A stretch of 64,000 nt of DNA from Naegleria gruberi (taxonomy: Eukaryota), in assembly GCA_000004985.1 (NCBI GenBank), contig GG738879.1. The stretch is one strand, 5' to 3'. Shown piece by piece: positions 1 through 11,768 of the stretch; the first letter of the stretch is position 1; each line of letters starts with the position of its first letter. The notes under the pieces are model-generated. The model was not told the DNA's origin, ran no database searches, and saw only the letters and a program-made list of their open reading frames with translations. Made by a program: the position numbers and the translations under genes.

Positions 1-55
1 ATTCGGATTTGTTAAACAAAATATTCCTGTCGAACCAATTCTCAAAATTAGACCA

Positions 56-325
56 TTGAATGCTTTGAATTACTTTGAAGTTGTTCCTCCAATGGATTAT
101 CTTGGACTCTTGAAGAATCCTATGGTTATCATGTTAGTTGTTGGTGTTCTTGTTTCTGTTGTTTTCCCTAAACTTGTTGACCCAGAAGCTATGAAGGAAG
201 CACAAAAATCAATGTCACAAGGTGAAGGAAGCTTCCGTGATTTAATGAATAATTTGAATGGTGCTGCAGAAACTACAGCTGCAAATGCTATAACTGGTCA
301 AAAGAAGAAACCAAAGAAGGATTAA
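56..325 (+). CDS. 3'-terminal coding exon of a gene that begins upstream of the window; small membrane-protein tail (possibly an ER membrane complex subunit-like protein)
   Basis: ORF with a hydrophobic stretch PMVIMLVVGVLVSVVF followed by a hydrophilic Lys-rich tail KKKPKKD and a TAA stop. No upstream in-frame start in an A-rich context, so the 5' part lies outside the window. Family assignment is weak. Confidence 0.3.
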   Translation: MNALNYFEVVPPMDYLGLLKNPMVIMLVVGVLVSVVFPKLVDPEAMKEAQKSMSQGEGSFRDLMNNLNGAAETTAANAITGQKKKPKKD

Positions 326-406
326 ATTTTATTTATTTTGAATTTACCTTATTTAATGCTTTTTCATATTTGACATCATTATTATTTTCAATTTATTTGT
401 TATTTA

Positions 407-2218
407 TTAAACTTCAATATCTGAAATGACTGAATGTAAACTTTCACTGCTGTGTGATCTTTCCATGGAACAAGTTTCAGCACTTTCAAGACTTGAAATG
501 CTATCCACAGATTTTGATCCAATAGAACTACCAAACGACAACTTGTTTGAAGGGAAATCAGTTGCTGAGAGTTCCATATCATCGTGAGTATACTCTGTAT
601 AGTTTTGTACTGGAGAGGACATGCTATCTTGCAATTTGAGAGCTTGTAACTTGGTTTCAGAGTTACCTTCTTCAATCAAGAATTGAGCCTTATTCATACT
701 CTTTTCACCAACAATCTTTCTCCATCTCAAATAGAAGAAAGCAGGAATGTTGATACCAACAACTGCACAACCATAGGCAACAAAAGCACCTGCCAAAAGA
801 TTCCATGAGAACATAGTTGGACAAGCAATCATTGAATACAAGCTTACAGAGCATGAGCCCAACATCATTGGACCAACAGATTCAACAGCCAATGTTTCGT
901 CTTCATTACCAATCCACAATGTAAATAATGTGGTCATGTAAATAGTTGGGAAAGAGGCAAATAAACCAGCAAGGAGAGTAAGTTGCATAGCATTGAGGAG
1001 AACACTGATGGAAACCAAACAGAATGGCAAGCCAATTCTCAAAGCAAAGATAATGAGACGAGACTTTTTGAATTTCTTCTTTTCTGGACTTGTTGGAGTG
1101 TTGCTATTAGTATTACTCGATTGATTGAGAGGTTTGTACACCTTATAGGTCCAAGAAACCTTGACAGCCAATACAAGTGTAGCAACAAAACACAAAACAC
1201 TAATGGCAATGTGGATTTCATCTCTCCATTGAATGAGACTAATGGCTGTCATATAGGTGCTTGCCATCACTGTCCAAATGCTCACACCCAACAAACATAC
1301 CAATAAACCACTCATAACTTTGATGAGGGTGTCGCTACCCAAAGCTTGTAATGCCTTGATTTGGAAAGTTGGTTCATCATCTGCTGAATTACTATTTTCA
1401 ATTTGAATAACAGTAGTTGGGGATGATTCATTTGGTGATTCGTCCTTTTCAGAGAGGATAATTACATTGGTCAGGTCTTCTTGTTGCAAAGATTCCTCTT
1501 CATTAGTGGAAGAAGCAGTTGGAGTTGGTGGCACCTCAGTGGATTCTTTCAATTTCTCACCTTCTTGGTCATTGTTCTTGTTGACGACTTCAATGGTAGT
1601 AGAAGGTTGAGATGAATTAACATCCAAGTCTTCAATCTTTGAATTGGATGTCTTTGCTTTGGACTTTAATTGCTCAATCTTTGAGGAAATGAATCTTCTC
1701 CAACGTTTCACAACAAGTTGATCAATGTGTGGAGGAAGCACCTTCCAACACAATAAAAAGATGGCAGTCATAAAGGTACCAATTGGAATAGTAAAGAACC
1801 CTCTGGTCATGACATGTTGTCTAGTGGTACTGTCTTGTCCAAACTTGAAGAGAGCATCCAATGCAAAACCCAAAGTTGATGGAACTATCAATTCAATGAA
1901 TATACAATATATATTTCATTACTTACCAACAGCAGTTGGAATAGAGGAGATGACACCACCAACTCTTGAACCTGCACGTTCAATAATGAGAGTAATGGTG
2001 AATGAAATTAAAGAGGCACACAAGCCCATAAAGATTACATTAAAATACAAGGAAGAAATGACTGGATAAACCATTGCCAAAAGACCTTCCTGATCCAAGT
2101 TTGAATCAATAACAGTAGAGTTTGAAGTACCATTTGTTGGATTGAGAGTGGTTGTTTCATTCAATAGCACTTGAAGCATTTGCACATTAAGGTATTGGAA
2201 GAAAACTTGACTGGTCAT
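407..2218 (-). CDS. multi-pass membrane transporter, auxin-efflux-carrier (Mem_trans)-like; 2 exons, approx join(1927..2218,407..1884)
   Basis: ATG at 2218 (MTSQVFF...). GTAAGT donor (complement of 1921-1926), a 42-nt AT-rich intron, and acceptor ...ttgatag. The downstream exon is in frame with ORF 407..1891. Two hydrophobic halves of about 5 TM each are separated by an ~190-aa Ser/Glu/Asn-rich cytosolic loop, the typical Mem_trans layout. Family call is from the architecture only. Confidence 0.5.
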
Positions 2219-3103
2219 TTTATGAGTGATGATTATTAGTCTTATTGAAATGAATGTTGTTGGATGATATTATTGTCTTGAAATGTTCTATCATGCGTTT
2301 TCAAATATATTTAGCCTTTGTTATTCTCGTGTGTTGTGAGTGACAAAGAAGCTTTGTTGAAGATCTTTTTTTTCAATGGTAACCACAACAGTGAGAGGAA
2401 TGAAGGAAAATTAATGTGCACCAATAATTGATGTTTTCAAAATCGAGAGAAGGAGACAAGGTTGGAAATGTGGATATTCTCAATATTCTCTCATCACCTG
2501 GGATTTGTAAAAACTTCGCGTGTTTCCTTGTTAAGAAATGTGGATAATTTTGGAACGGAAGCCTACACCACCTCAATTAGAATTATTATTGAAAAATTCA
2601 ATAATAGACTTGCACGGGCGCGAAACGATATGTTGAAAATTTAACAATAGCAAGTACATTCGCTAGGGGAAAGTCGGGAGCAAACTTTACTGGATTTTTT
2701 ATCACCTCCTTAATGAGTTGGAAAACGTTTCAATAAGTCTGCGAGTCTATAAATGACTATGGAGGTTCCGCTATCTTCGTAATTTGCCCATTAAATTGAT
2801 ATTGATATTTCAAAGCAAATATTCCATGTTTTTTGAAGTTTTACATTCTAAAGCTTGAACGGGTACCTTTTAAGAATGCACCTCGTATTGAGGTGTAGGG
2901 TTGTTGCATGTGTGTACTGCAGTTTGGAGAAAATAGAAAACAGGATTATAATAATATATTCTTCATGATTTCAAGTTAATGGTTTCAACACATATTATCC
3001 AATGAACAATTATCCATGTTGTGAAAATTCTAGATATGTAGAAAACCAATTTTATTGTAATAGTGTATACAATTTCATGGTTCAATTTGATATTGAATCA
3101 TCT

Positions 3104-3677
3104 CTAATTCAAATTCAACCAATTAAGCCAAATGATAAATTCCTGAAAACTAATAACACTATCAGAATTAGTATCCAAACTCTTCATTGCCTCCTCAACT
3201 TCCTTCATGGATGCATTCTTATTTTGTTCATATAATTCTCTATAGAATTTTTCAAATTCACTCAGAGAAATGACACGATTAGAGTCAACATCATATTTTC
3301 TGAAAATATCAGCTGCTTGAGTCAATAACTCAATTCTCTTTTCTAAAATTGATAATTCTGAAGTGGATGCAATTTTAATCCAATATTGTTCGAATTCTTC
3401 AAAGGAAACGTGGCCATCAGAATTTTTATCAAGATACATTTCAAGAGCTTGAATTTCTTCCTTGCAGAAATTGAAACCCAAATCATCCATAATCTTCTTC
3501 AAATCAGAAACTCCAAATACACCTCTTCCGCTCTGTTTCGAATAATATTTTGATCATTTGAAAATAAAAATTATATTGGAATGTTTAAAGAAATAAGAAT
3601 ATTTTACATACAGTATCATACTTTAGACACAAGCTTTTAATAACCTTTGGATCTGTGCAGTACACAACTGATGTCAT
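3104..3677 (-). CDS. EF-hand calcium-binding protein (3 EF-hand loops); 2 exons, join(3612..3677,3104..3532)
   Basis: Loops DKNSDGHVSFEEF, DVDSNRVISLSEF and DTNSDSVISFQEF. The ORF 3104..3502 lacks an in-frame ATG. An upstream exon has ATG at 3677 in the context aaaaaaATGaca and encodes MTSVVYCTDPKVIKSLCLKYDT. It joins through a GTATGT...AG intron of about 79 nt (3533..3611) in phase 0 to SGRGVFGVSDLKKIMDD... Confidence 0.6.
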
Positions 3678-3760
3678 TTTTTTAATTATGGTGACGTCTG
3701 GCAATAAAGTTCACAAGTAATCAATCCATTTACACGAACAACTCAATTAGTTCCTAATCA

Positions 3761-4333
3761 TTAATCTTTCTTCTCAGCATCTACAGTTTTTCCCCTAATA
3801 ATCTCACCAAACACCTCGTACAGCAATTTTGTAATCTCTTTCAATACTTGAAGCCATTCCAGTACCAAATCCGATCCTCCAATGATCCACACTACAAATA
3901 AGAAGAGTAACACCATGAATGCATACTTGAAAGGAGCAAAAAGTATTCCAAACACAACTTCCACCATAAAATCTTGAATTGTTTCCAAAATCCATGATTC
4001 CTTCTTTTCCGAATTGTTTTTTAAATTTTCCTCAGTTTGTTCTTGACTATTATTTAATTCTTCCTTCTTATTGTTGGGTTTTTCTTCCTGATGAAGATTT
4101 TGTTGTGGAAAATTCATAGAAAAGTTTCTTGATGCGTGCAATGATGATGAAGATCGGAAGAGGAGTTCAATACTGGAATTGCAAGGTAGTTTCGTGTTTC
4201 GTGGAATTGTGTTGTGAAGGATTCCTCTTCTAAATATTGAGTTGCTAATGATTGATTTTGTTGAGGAAACAAGTCGTCCGCTCTTCATTTCTGATTTGTG
4301 GTATTGATTGTTTTTTGTAATAAAAATTATCAA
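3761..4333 (-). CDS. hypothetical protein with a C-terminal transmembrane segment
   Basis: 190-codon ORF. Probable true start is an internal Met (MKSGRLV...). Acidic/Asn-rich middle followed by the hydrophobic FGILFAPFKYAFMVLLFLFVVWIIGG near the C-terminus. No recognisable domain. Confidence 0.35.
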   Translation of the reverse strand: MIIFITKNNQYHKSEMKSGRLVSSTKSIISNSIFRRGILHNTIPRNTKLPCNSSIELLFRSSSSLHASRNFSMNFPQQNLHQEEKPNNKKEELNNSQEQTEENLKNNSEKKESWILETIQDFMVEVVFGILFAPFKYAFMVLLFLFVVWIIGGSDLVLEWLQVLKEITKLLYEVFGEIIRGKTVDAEKKD

Positions 4334-4374
4334 ATAAATTATTAAATTAATTATTTATTCTTCTTAATTTCTTT

Positions 4375-7300
4375 TTACTTTCTCTTTTTACCAAAGGAAA
4401 TTTGTAAATCATTTTCTGCAGCTAACATTCGAGGTGTTTGATGTTTGTTATCCTTCACATCAGGATTAGCTCCATTTTGAAGTAAATATCTACAAATCTT
4501 TTCAGCTGCTGGTTTGTCTTTGACCTTACAGGCTAAATGAAGTGGTGTTTCACCCTTTTCATTTACAACATTCACAACTTCCTTAGTTAATAATGTTAAG
4601 AATAAATTGACAGTTTTGATGTTACCCTTACTGACAGCCAAGTGAAGAGGAGAATTACCTGAAGCATCTTGTTCTTGCATCATTGTTGCACATGATGTAG
4701 GATTCAAGAATGCAATTCTATTCACAAGAGCATCCAATCCTTGTAAAGCAGCTTGATGTAGAACATTTTGCTTTCTTTCATCTCTTGACATTGGTCCAAA
4801 GACAACGTTTGGTTTAGAGTTAGTGATGATGTATTCCACAATGGCAATGTGTCCCTTAGTGGCAGCTCTCATTAATGGAGTTTTTCCAAATTTGTCCTTC
4901 GAGTTCAGTAAAACTTTGTTTCCACTTTGAGTTGATGAAGCAAATGCTGTACCAACACTTTCAGAAATGTTAATATCATTTGATTCACTCACTAAAAACT
5001 TGACAGCTTCCATTCTACCTTGATCACAAGCCATATGTAAAACAGTCGATCCTTCTGAGGTTTTGAAATTGTAATCTCCTTCAAACATGTTGCACATCAT
5101 TTGGGCAGCTTTGAAGCATTTTGTGGCACTTTCCATTTCGAAATGTTCTTCATCATAGAATGCCTTTGCAAAGAGAAGATGAATTGGTGCCTTGCCATAC
5201 TTGTCTCTAATGTTAATTTTACCTCCCAATTGACACAATACAAGAATCGAATCAATGGCTCTGTGAGAAGTTGCCCAGTGAAGTGGAGTTGATTCCAATT
5301 CATCTTCAGCATCAATAGAACATTGATACTTGGTCACCAATAGGAAAATAAGAGATGACCGATTTTTCTTGGCACTTTGATGCAAAAGGTAACATTTTGG
5401 TTTTTCAAAATCTCTCATTTTAGGAATATCATGTTCTGAAAAGTTGGCAAATTCTTTCAATTCTTCATTCTTTGACTCATCGGCTTCCTTACAGAATGCC
5501 AAGTATCCAATTATGAAATTCTCAAAATATTCAGCACATTTTTGATCATCCAAATTGTGATTATTGATAAATTGTTCTAAAACAAATGAATAGAGTTGCT
5601 TTGGTTTCACTTCTCCAAAATTTGTGAGAGGAATGTATTCAACAACAGTCACAATACTTTCCTCATCGTCTCCAACCTCATATTCTGGAGCAATGGTTGT
5701 GTTATATTCTTGTGAGCCTGGAGAGAGAGCTCCTGTTGGGCTTGTTACTGTTGCTCTCAAATTATCAATACTTCCTAGAATATTAACAGTCGATACTTGT
5801 AAACTAGAGGATGTATCTTCAGAAGATTCAAAACTATAGGCAGAATCATTGGAAAGTAGTGAAGATATATTTCCATTAATAATATCCTCAGTAGTTCTTT
5901 TGAACTCTTCATTATTAAAGTTCAAGGTTGGCACAAGATTTCTTGGTGTCGATGAGAGTGTTGGTGGTGGAATTGGTTCTTCCTCTTCAGGAGATTTTTC
6001 TTTTTCGTCAAGGAGAGTAGAAAGTGGATTCGTATAAGGAGTGTTAGCTGAGTGGTGTTTGTTGATTAATCTTTTCAATTTTTCATTAGTAGAATTACTC
6101 AATGTTGGAGTATCGGATGGTGATGTTGTCGCAATGACTGGAGTCAAATCATATTCTCTTTTACCAAAATCGAATACAGACTTTCTCTTATCCTTCTTTT
6201 CGTCTGTAAAGGATCGAGAGAGTCTATTCTCTGAATTTCCATTTTTGAGCCAGTTAGCAATCTTACCAGAGACGCTATACTTTCTCTGAGATAGACTTAT
6301 ACTTTCCTCATTCTGAATAAATTGTTGAATTTTTGATGAGACAATTTTTTCATTGACCAATCTTTGAATTTGTTCGTCATCTGCTGCTCGAGGTGTCTTT
6401 GGAGTTTGATCTTTGAGCATACTTGCTTCAGTGGAAGATCGTTTTTCAAAGAGTTTTCTCTTGTGAGCTACATCCAACAAAGCAGGATCACCTTCATTAC
6501 TTGGAGAAGTTATTGACTGAGTTGCCTTTGAAGGTTCTGATTTTGAAGAAGTACTCTTCTTTCTTCTTGGTGTTAACATTGAAATCAATTTTTTGATATT
6601 TCCTTTAGTTTTCCTTGTTGTTTGCAGAGCTGGTTCATCTGAATTTTCGTTTGGTGTTGGAGGTGTATATGGTGATGTATTATTGTTTACATTGTAATTT
6701 TCAGTCAAACCTTGTTTTTGAATAATCATTTCATTTCCTGATGATTGAATTGAGAGAGGAGATGTCACCCTCTTATGAGTTTGTATTGTTAAATTCTCGG
6801 AGAATGGAGATGGTGGACTCGTTGTTGTTCCTCTTCCACTATCTACGATGAGATGTGAGAGTGGAGGAGAAAATCTTGAAGAATCTCCATTCATTATTGT
6901 GGTAATCATTGGATTTTCCAAAACTCCAACACTACTCAGAGTACTACTACTCATTGGCGAAACAATTGAATTTCCACTACTTGATGATTGTAGAAACTGA
7001 TTGAAGCTAATGACACTATTTACAGAACTGGTCATACTTGAATTGCTACTGCTTGGAGCATGGTGTGGCGAGAGATGATTAACTAAATGGTTATTATTAT
7101 TCGAATCAGAAATGCTTTCTCTGAAATAATTCTCTGGAGTTGTTGTTGTATTATACAGTGAAGGAGAAGATTTCGAAGAATGAATCAATGAAGAATGATT
7201 ACTAGCTGATGAAGGTAAAGCTGCAAAACTATGACTGGCTACATCAATATTGTTATTCGAAACTTGTGTAGAATAGTTTTGCACAGCCGAATCTCCATAC

Positions 7301-7951
7301 TGTTGTTGGAAAGATTTTAAACGGTCGGCTGAAGGTTGCTGTTTAGATTCCCTCTTAAAGGCGCTCTTCAATTTTGACCAACGACTTTTAGATGAATTAT
7401 TCAATTCTCCAGGTGAATTCATTGATAGTCCATTATTATTCATTGCAGATAACTCTTGTTCATTAAATATCATGGTGGGTGAAAGGGAAGATGCCAATGA
7501 AAGTCTCTGTGATGCTCTTCTAGGTGAAAGTAAATTATTATTTACACTCTGATTGAGTAGGAGAAGAGATGGTGAGGGAAATTGTGTTGTAGGAGAGGAT
7601 GGTGAAAATGGTTTCTCTTGTTCTCGTTCTCGTTGCTGATGATGGATGAGGATGTGGATGATGAATATTATTATTATGATGTTGAATATTAGGCTGATTT
7701 TGATGATTTATAAAGATTGGAGAATCATCATCTAATTGACTTGTTGTTGCTCTCCTATCGTCCTCTGCAAATTTAAAGAATAATGATGATGAGGCAGGTT
7801 GTTGTTGATTATTGTTTTTGGATAATGCAAATTCAGGTGATGAATTTTGCACGAGAGATGATGTACTTGTTGAACAGGTGAAATTTCCAACTGTGTTGGC
7901 AGTAGCAACTGTTGTATGGTTGTTATTTGTTGTTTTTGCCTGTTGTTTCAT
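4375..7951 (-). CDS. large ankyrin-repeat protein with a long Ser/Asn/His-rich low-complexity N-terminal region
   Basis: The C-terminal ~300 aa carry at least 5 ankyrin repeats (TPLHWATSHRAIDSI..., GSTVLHMACDQGRMEAVKFLV, GKTPLMRAATKGHIAIVEYII, GNSPLHLAVSKGNIKTVNLFL, GETPLHLACKVKDKPAAEKICRYLLQNGANPD). ORFs 4375..7497 and 7538..7951 are co-oriented, 40 nt apart and both low-complexity, so they are probably one gene. The junction at 7498-7537 is unresolved; the only GT..AG option is a 29-nt intron, and a frameshift or error is equally possible. Confidence 0.6.
7570..7720. repeat. His/Asn codon microsatellite (cat/aat/atg-type repeats) inside the ankyrin-gene coding region
   Basis: Directly visible runs ...atgatgatggatgaggatgtggatgatgaatattattattatgatg... 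encoding HHPHPHP/NNN tracts. Confidence 0.5.
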
Positions 7952-8551
7952 CTTTCAATTGTTAGTGTTTCTTCAATATGATGTCGCGGTCACAATTATT
8001 CGAAGAGGAAAGTAACTGCAGAGATAAAAAATCGAGCTGAACCAAGTTTGGCAACAACTGCCGAGACACAATTTTAAAATTGATTGTTGTGTTGGGGGTT
8101 GGATTACCTCTCTCTCTTGATAATTTCCTTGGTAACAGTTTATTAACAAATGTTTTTTGATTCACCACCGCTCAAAGGAGTATCAATTGATTTTTTATCT
8201 ACTTTGCTCATCATATTGAAAAGTGATACTGTGTGCACCTTGTTTTCATGACTCGTAATTACGGCAACCATAGAACAACTTTGGAACCTTGATCTATCTA
8301 TACTCTAACCAGTCAATGTCATCAATCCTTACTTTTTAAGAGGTTTCAATACAAGCCACGAATTCGCTATCTAGAGAATAAATGATGACAAGTACATTAT
8401 TAACATCTTATTGACAACACATTAAGGTTATTCTTGTGAATGTTTCAAATGTTTCAGTTGGTGGAATGGCTCAAATTATTTTCGGACGAATACGATTCCA
8501 ATACCACCTTACAAAAGAAACACGTGTAATTGGTTTTAGAAACAAAAAAAA

Positions 8552-9211
8552 ATGAGCAACCAACAACGTGCACCAGTCTACTCCTTGAATGCTAGAGGAA
8601 AAATGTTTACTGATGATGCCTATTATGAAAAACCTGTTTCCTACAGTAATAGTGAGGAGGTTAGAAGAAATTTGAGTTATACTCGTAGAGTGAATACAAG
8701 TGTTGGTAGTAGCAGTAGAGATTCTTCGGAAGATGATCGGAAACAAAGAAGGAACAAGCAACAGAAGAAAAAACCTTCTTCTATTTTCTGCTGTTTGTTA
8801 TGCCTTCCATTTAAATGTATTTATCAGGGCTTGAGAGCAACTGCTAAATTGGCTTGTTATTCCTTTATTGCTGGTATTGCACTTGTATTAATTTTCCAAA
8901 TATTGGTTTACTTTTCACTCTTTTCTACTGCTTCAAACAAATATTTTGGAGGAGAAACAAACAGTGAGAACACTCCTCACACTCTTTTTGATAGAACTGC
9001 TCATGTAATTGGAACTGCTTTAGGAGCAACGTACTTCTCTGCAGAATCTGGTTATGCTGCTGCTAAATGGACAATGAATACTGCATCATATTGGCTTGGA
9101 ATCATGTTGGATTTTATTGAATATTGGAGAGGGAATAGACCTTCTTTATTTACAAAATATAATGAACAATCTAAGGGAACTCAGGAAAACTATCATGACC
9201 ACAGATATTAG
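8552..9211 (+). CDS. hypothetical membrane protein
   Basis: ATG at 8552 in the context aaaaaaaaATGagc. Ser/Arg-rich N-terminal ~90 aa, then two or three hydrophobic segments (CCLLCLPFKCIYQGL, IAGIALVLIFQILVYFSLF). No recognisable family. Confidence 0.45.
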   Translation: MSNQQRAPVYSLNARGKMFTDDAYYEKPVSYSNSEEVRRNLSYTRRVNTSVGSSSRDSSEDDRKQRRNKQQKKKPSSIFCCLLCLPFKCIYQGLRATAKLACYSFIAGIALVLIFQILVYFSLFSTASNKYFGGETNSENTPHTLFDRTAHVIGTALGATYFSAESGYAAAKWTMNTASYWLGIMLDFIEYWRGNRPSLFTKYNEQSKGTQENYHDHRY

Positions 9212-9397
9212 AATGTTATATTTAGAATATATTTTTTATGATTATTTACCAAATTTGATGAATTGATTTAATTACGAAAAATACTATTAGTAATTTGTGT
9301 TATCTAACTCATGGAAATTTTACAAATATATTCTATTGTTGAATCATTGTTATGTACTATTTAAATGACTTTTTTATGGATAACCAATTTTCACAAC

Positions 9398-11455
9398 AAA
9401 ATGACTAGACAACAAATGCTAAACTCGAGTAAGCTTTCAAAGCTTGCTATATTATTATATTTGATTGTGACTATTGTGTTTGCCAACCTTGTACACAGTG
9501 ATGATAAATCTGAATTGAACATGGCTTACACTGTAGATCAGACGAATTACATTCCAACCTCAGTCTCGTATTCTAATTCTGCTAATAACAATGGTGCTTT
9601 AACCAAATCAAGCACAACCACTTACTATTCCTCTTCAACGTCTGGCTATCCATATGGAGGCGGGGCAGTTCCTATTGGTGCAGCACCAGTTGCACAACCT
9701 ATTTTACAACCTCAACAAGTGATTGTTAATCCACAACCAATTCCACAACCTATTCCTCAAACATATGCTCAACCAATTCCTCAACCATACCCACAACCTA
9801 TTCCACAAGGTGTTCCTATAGCAGGAGGGGCAGTTCCACAACCAATTCCTCAACCTATTCCACAAGCTGCTCCGTATGCTCAACCTCTTATTACTCAACA
9901 ACCTATTCCTCAACCTCTTCCATATGCAGGAGGAGGTGTTCCAATTGCAACAGGAGCCCCATATGCTCAACCTCTTCCATATGCAGGAGGTGGTGGTGTA
10001 ATTTATGGAGGTGGAGGTGGTGTTGTAGGTGGAGGTGTTGTTGCTCAACCAATTCCACAACAAGCTCCAATTATTTACTCTGGAGGTTGTAGTGTTTATG
10101 GAGGTGTTGGATGTGGAGGTACTATTCCACAACCTATTCCACAAGCTGTCCCTATTGCTCAACCTTTACCCCAACCTGTTCCTCAACCAATCTTGCAACC
10201 TATTCCACAAACTTATGCCCAACCTATTCCACAACCTCTTCCATATGCAGGAGGAGGCATTGTTTATGGTGGAGGTGGCGTAGTTTACGGAGGTGGAGGT
10301 GGTGTCATTGCTCAACCAATTCCACAACCAGCTCCAATTATTTACTCTGGTGGCTGTGACGTTTATGGAGGCGTTGGATGTGGAGGTGGTGGTGTAGTTT
10401 ATGGAGGTGGAGGTGGCGTAATTTATGGAGGTGGAGGTGGAGGTGGTGTAATTTATGGAGGTGGAGCTGTACCTATTCAACCATTTACAGTTGACACTGT
10501 TGCACCTGTATCCTTAGTGACATATCCTCAAACAGTGGTAGTGAGTCCACCTGTAACAGCAACACCTTGTACCACTGGTAAATGCTCTTCTGTGGATACC
10601 TACGTACCTAATGTTATAGTCCCAGCTTCAGCAGGTGTAGCAACACCTTGTACCACTGGCAAATGTTCTTCTGTGGACACCTACGTACCTAATGTTATTG
10701 TCCCAGCTTCAGCAGGTGTAGTAAGCGTTCCCCTCAAGAGTAATAATGTTGTTGTTGGATCTGGATCTACAACTGCTTCTACTTGTTTATTGACAGTAAG
10801 AGGATTGACCACATTAGCTCTTAGCCCATCCTCATCCATCTGTTCTTCAGTTGTCAATTGTATAATTACTTACATTTCAGATTATGTGCAATATGCTATC
10901 AATGCCCTCAATTACGACAGTAGCACTTCTCTCACTGTGAACTCTCAAGATGAGAATGTAGATTTGTGGAAGGCTTTAGAGAATATTGCTGGAAGTATTA
11001 GCGAAGATGGATATGGACCTGCAACAACTACAGCTTCAGCAACATCAGCTGCTTGCACCAATGATTTGGCTCCTGTTTTTGCCAGAACCTCTAAAGGTGG
11101 AGCAGTATTTGTTAATTCATGCTGGGCAAGAATGGCAAAGGCCTATCCACCATTTGTTCCAGTTACACTCAAACCTGGTTCTGTTTCTAGTGGAGGTCAA
11201 TTTGATTGGCCAGATGATGTTCAAAATCCAAACTATGTTGTTGCCAATTACTATGTATTGAGCGCTTTCAGATTGACAAACTTTGCCTTGTACTACTTTA
11301 GACCTTGTATGAGTGCAAGCACTTACACTGTTCTCTCTAATGCCCTACAATCTTTGAACGACATTTCAGCCTTAATAACTGCTGGCAATGTTACAAGAGC
11401 AAACGCCTTATTGAGTGATTTACAAAAAAGTTTGAGCACATTATCTAGTGCATAA
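9398..11455 (+). CDS. secreted repetitive Pro/Gly-rich protein (extracellular matrix or spore-coat-like), with a duplicated Cys-containing motif
   Basis: Signal-peptide-like N-terminus MTRQQMLNSSKLSKLAILLYLIVTIVFANLVHS; an alternative ATG lies at 9365. Long PIPQ(P/A) and YGGGGGV(V/I) repeats. PCTTGKCSSVDTYVPNVIVPASAGV occurs twice. Non-repetitive C-terminal ~250 aa. Confidence 0.55.
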   Translation, partial: KMTRQQMLNSSKLSKLAILLYLIVTIVFANLVHSDDKSELNMAYTVDQTNYIPTSVSYSNSANNNGALTKSSTTTYYSSSTSGYPYGGGAVPIGAAPVAQPILQPQQVIVNPQPIPQPIPQTYAQPIPQPYPQPIPQGVPIAGGAVPQPIPQPIPQAAPYAQPLITQQPIPQPLPYAGGGVPIATGAPYAQPLPYAGGGGVIYGGGGGVVGGGVVAQPIPQQAPIIYSGGCSVYGGVGCGGTIPQPIPQAVPIAQPLPQPVPQPILQPIPQTYAQPIPQPLPYAGGGIVYGGGGVVYGGGGGVIAQPIPQPAPIIYSGGCDVYGGVGCGGGGVVYGGGGGVIYGGGGGGGVIYGGGAVPIQPFTVDTVAPVSLVTYPQTVVVSPPVTATPCTTGKCSSVDTYVPNVIVPASAGVATPCTTGKCSSVDTYVPNVIVPASAGVVSVPLKSNNVVVGSGSTTASTCLLTVRGLTTLALSPSSSICSSVVNCIITYISDYVQYAINALNYDSSTSLTVNSQDENVDLWKALENIAGSISEDGYGPATTTASATSAACTNDLAPVFARTSKGGAVFVNSCWARMAKAYPPFVPVTLKPGSVSSGGQFDWPDDVQNPNYVVANYYVLSAFRLTNFALYYFRPCMSASTYTVLSNALQSLNDISALITAGNVTRANALLSDLQKSLSTLSSA
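9700..10470 (+). repeat. coding tandem repeats (degenerate 15-18 nt units for PIPQPx and GGGGVVYGG) inside the secreted-protein gene
   Basis: ccacaacctattcc/cctcaaccaattcc units repeated many times and ggaggtggaggtgg(t/c)gt(a/t)gtttatgga units. They open spurious ORFs in other frames and on the minus strand (9704..10162, 10029..10283, 10111..10359, 10166..10480). Confidence 0.7.
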
Positions 11456-11768
11456 GAGTGTCATTATATCTATAGAGTAGTTTCTTTATCTTCACCTAAG
11501 AGTAGTGTGATTGAGTATCTTTAAATTTTTGTGAATTGTAAATTCAAATAAAATTCAAACCAAATTTATTTCTTTTAAAAAATTATCATCACACAATGAA
11601 GCCATTTTCTCTCGCAAGAGGATTTAAACTTGGATGAAGTGATATGCTGAAGATAGGAGGTTCGGAACTTCAATCTTCTTATTCACACACTTCTTTATCA
11701 ACAATGAATCACAATGTTGAATCGTCCAGTTTGCTATGGACAGTCCAATAGAAAAATTCAGTAACACT

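Noticed and set aside
5097-6289. Plus-strand ORFs (5101..5292, 5624..5839, 5849..6037, 6041..6289) and the small minus ORF 5097..5315
   Set aside because: They lie inside or antisense to the long ankyrin-repeat gene and are explained by its Ser-rich low-complexity sequence.
7498-7537. Possible 29-nt intron gtgtaaat...cacctag joining the two ankyrin-gene ORFs. A similar 27-nt candidate lies in the WASP 5' region at 26940-26966.
   Set aside because: These are far shorter than every confirmed intron here (40-236 nt), and the WASP candidate is not AT-rich. They are more likely coincidental GT..AG pairs. The junctions are left unresolved.
9700-10470. Regular short direct repeats that might look like a CRISPR array
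   Set aside because: The units are degenerate 15-18 nt codon repeats lying in-frame within a eukaryotic secreted-protein ORF. There are no constant repeats with unique spacers and no cas genes, and this is a eukaryotic genome.
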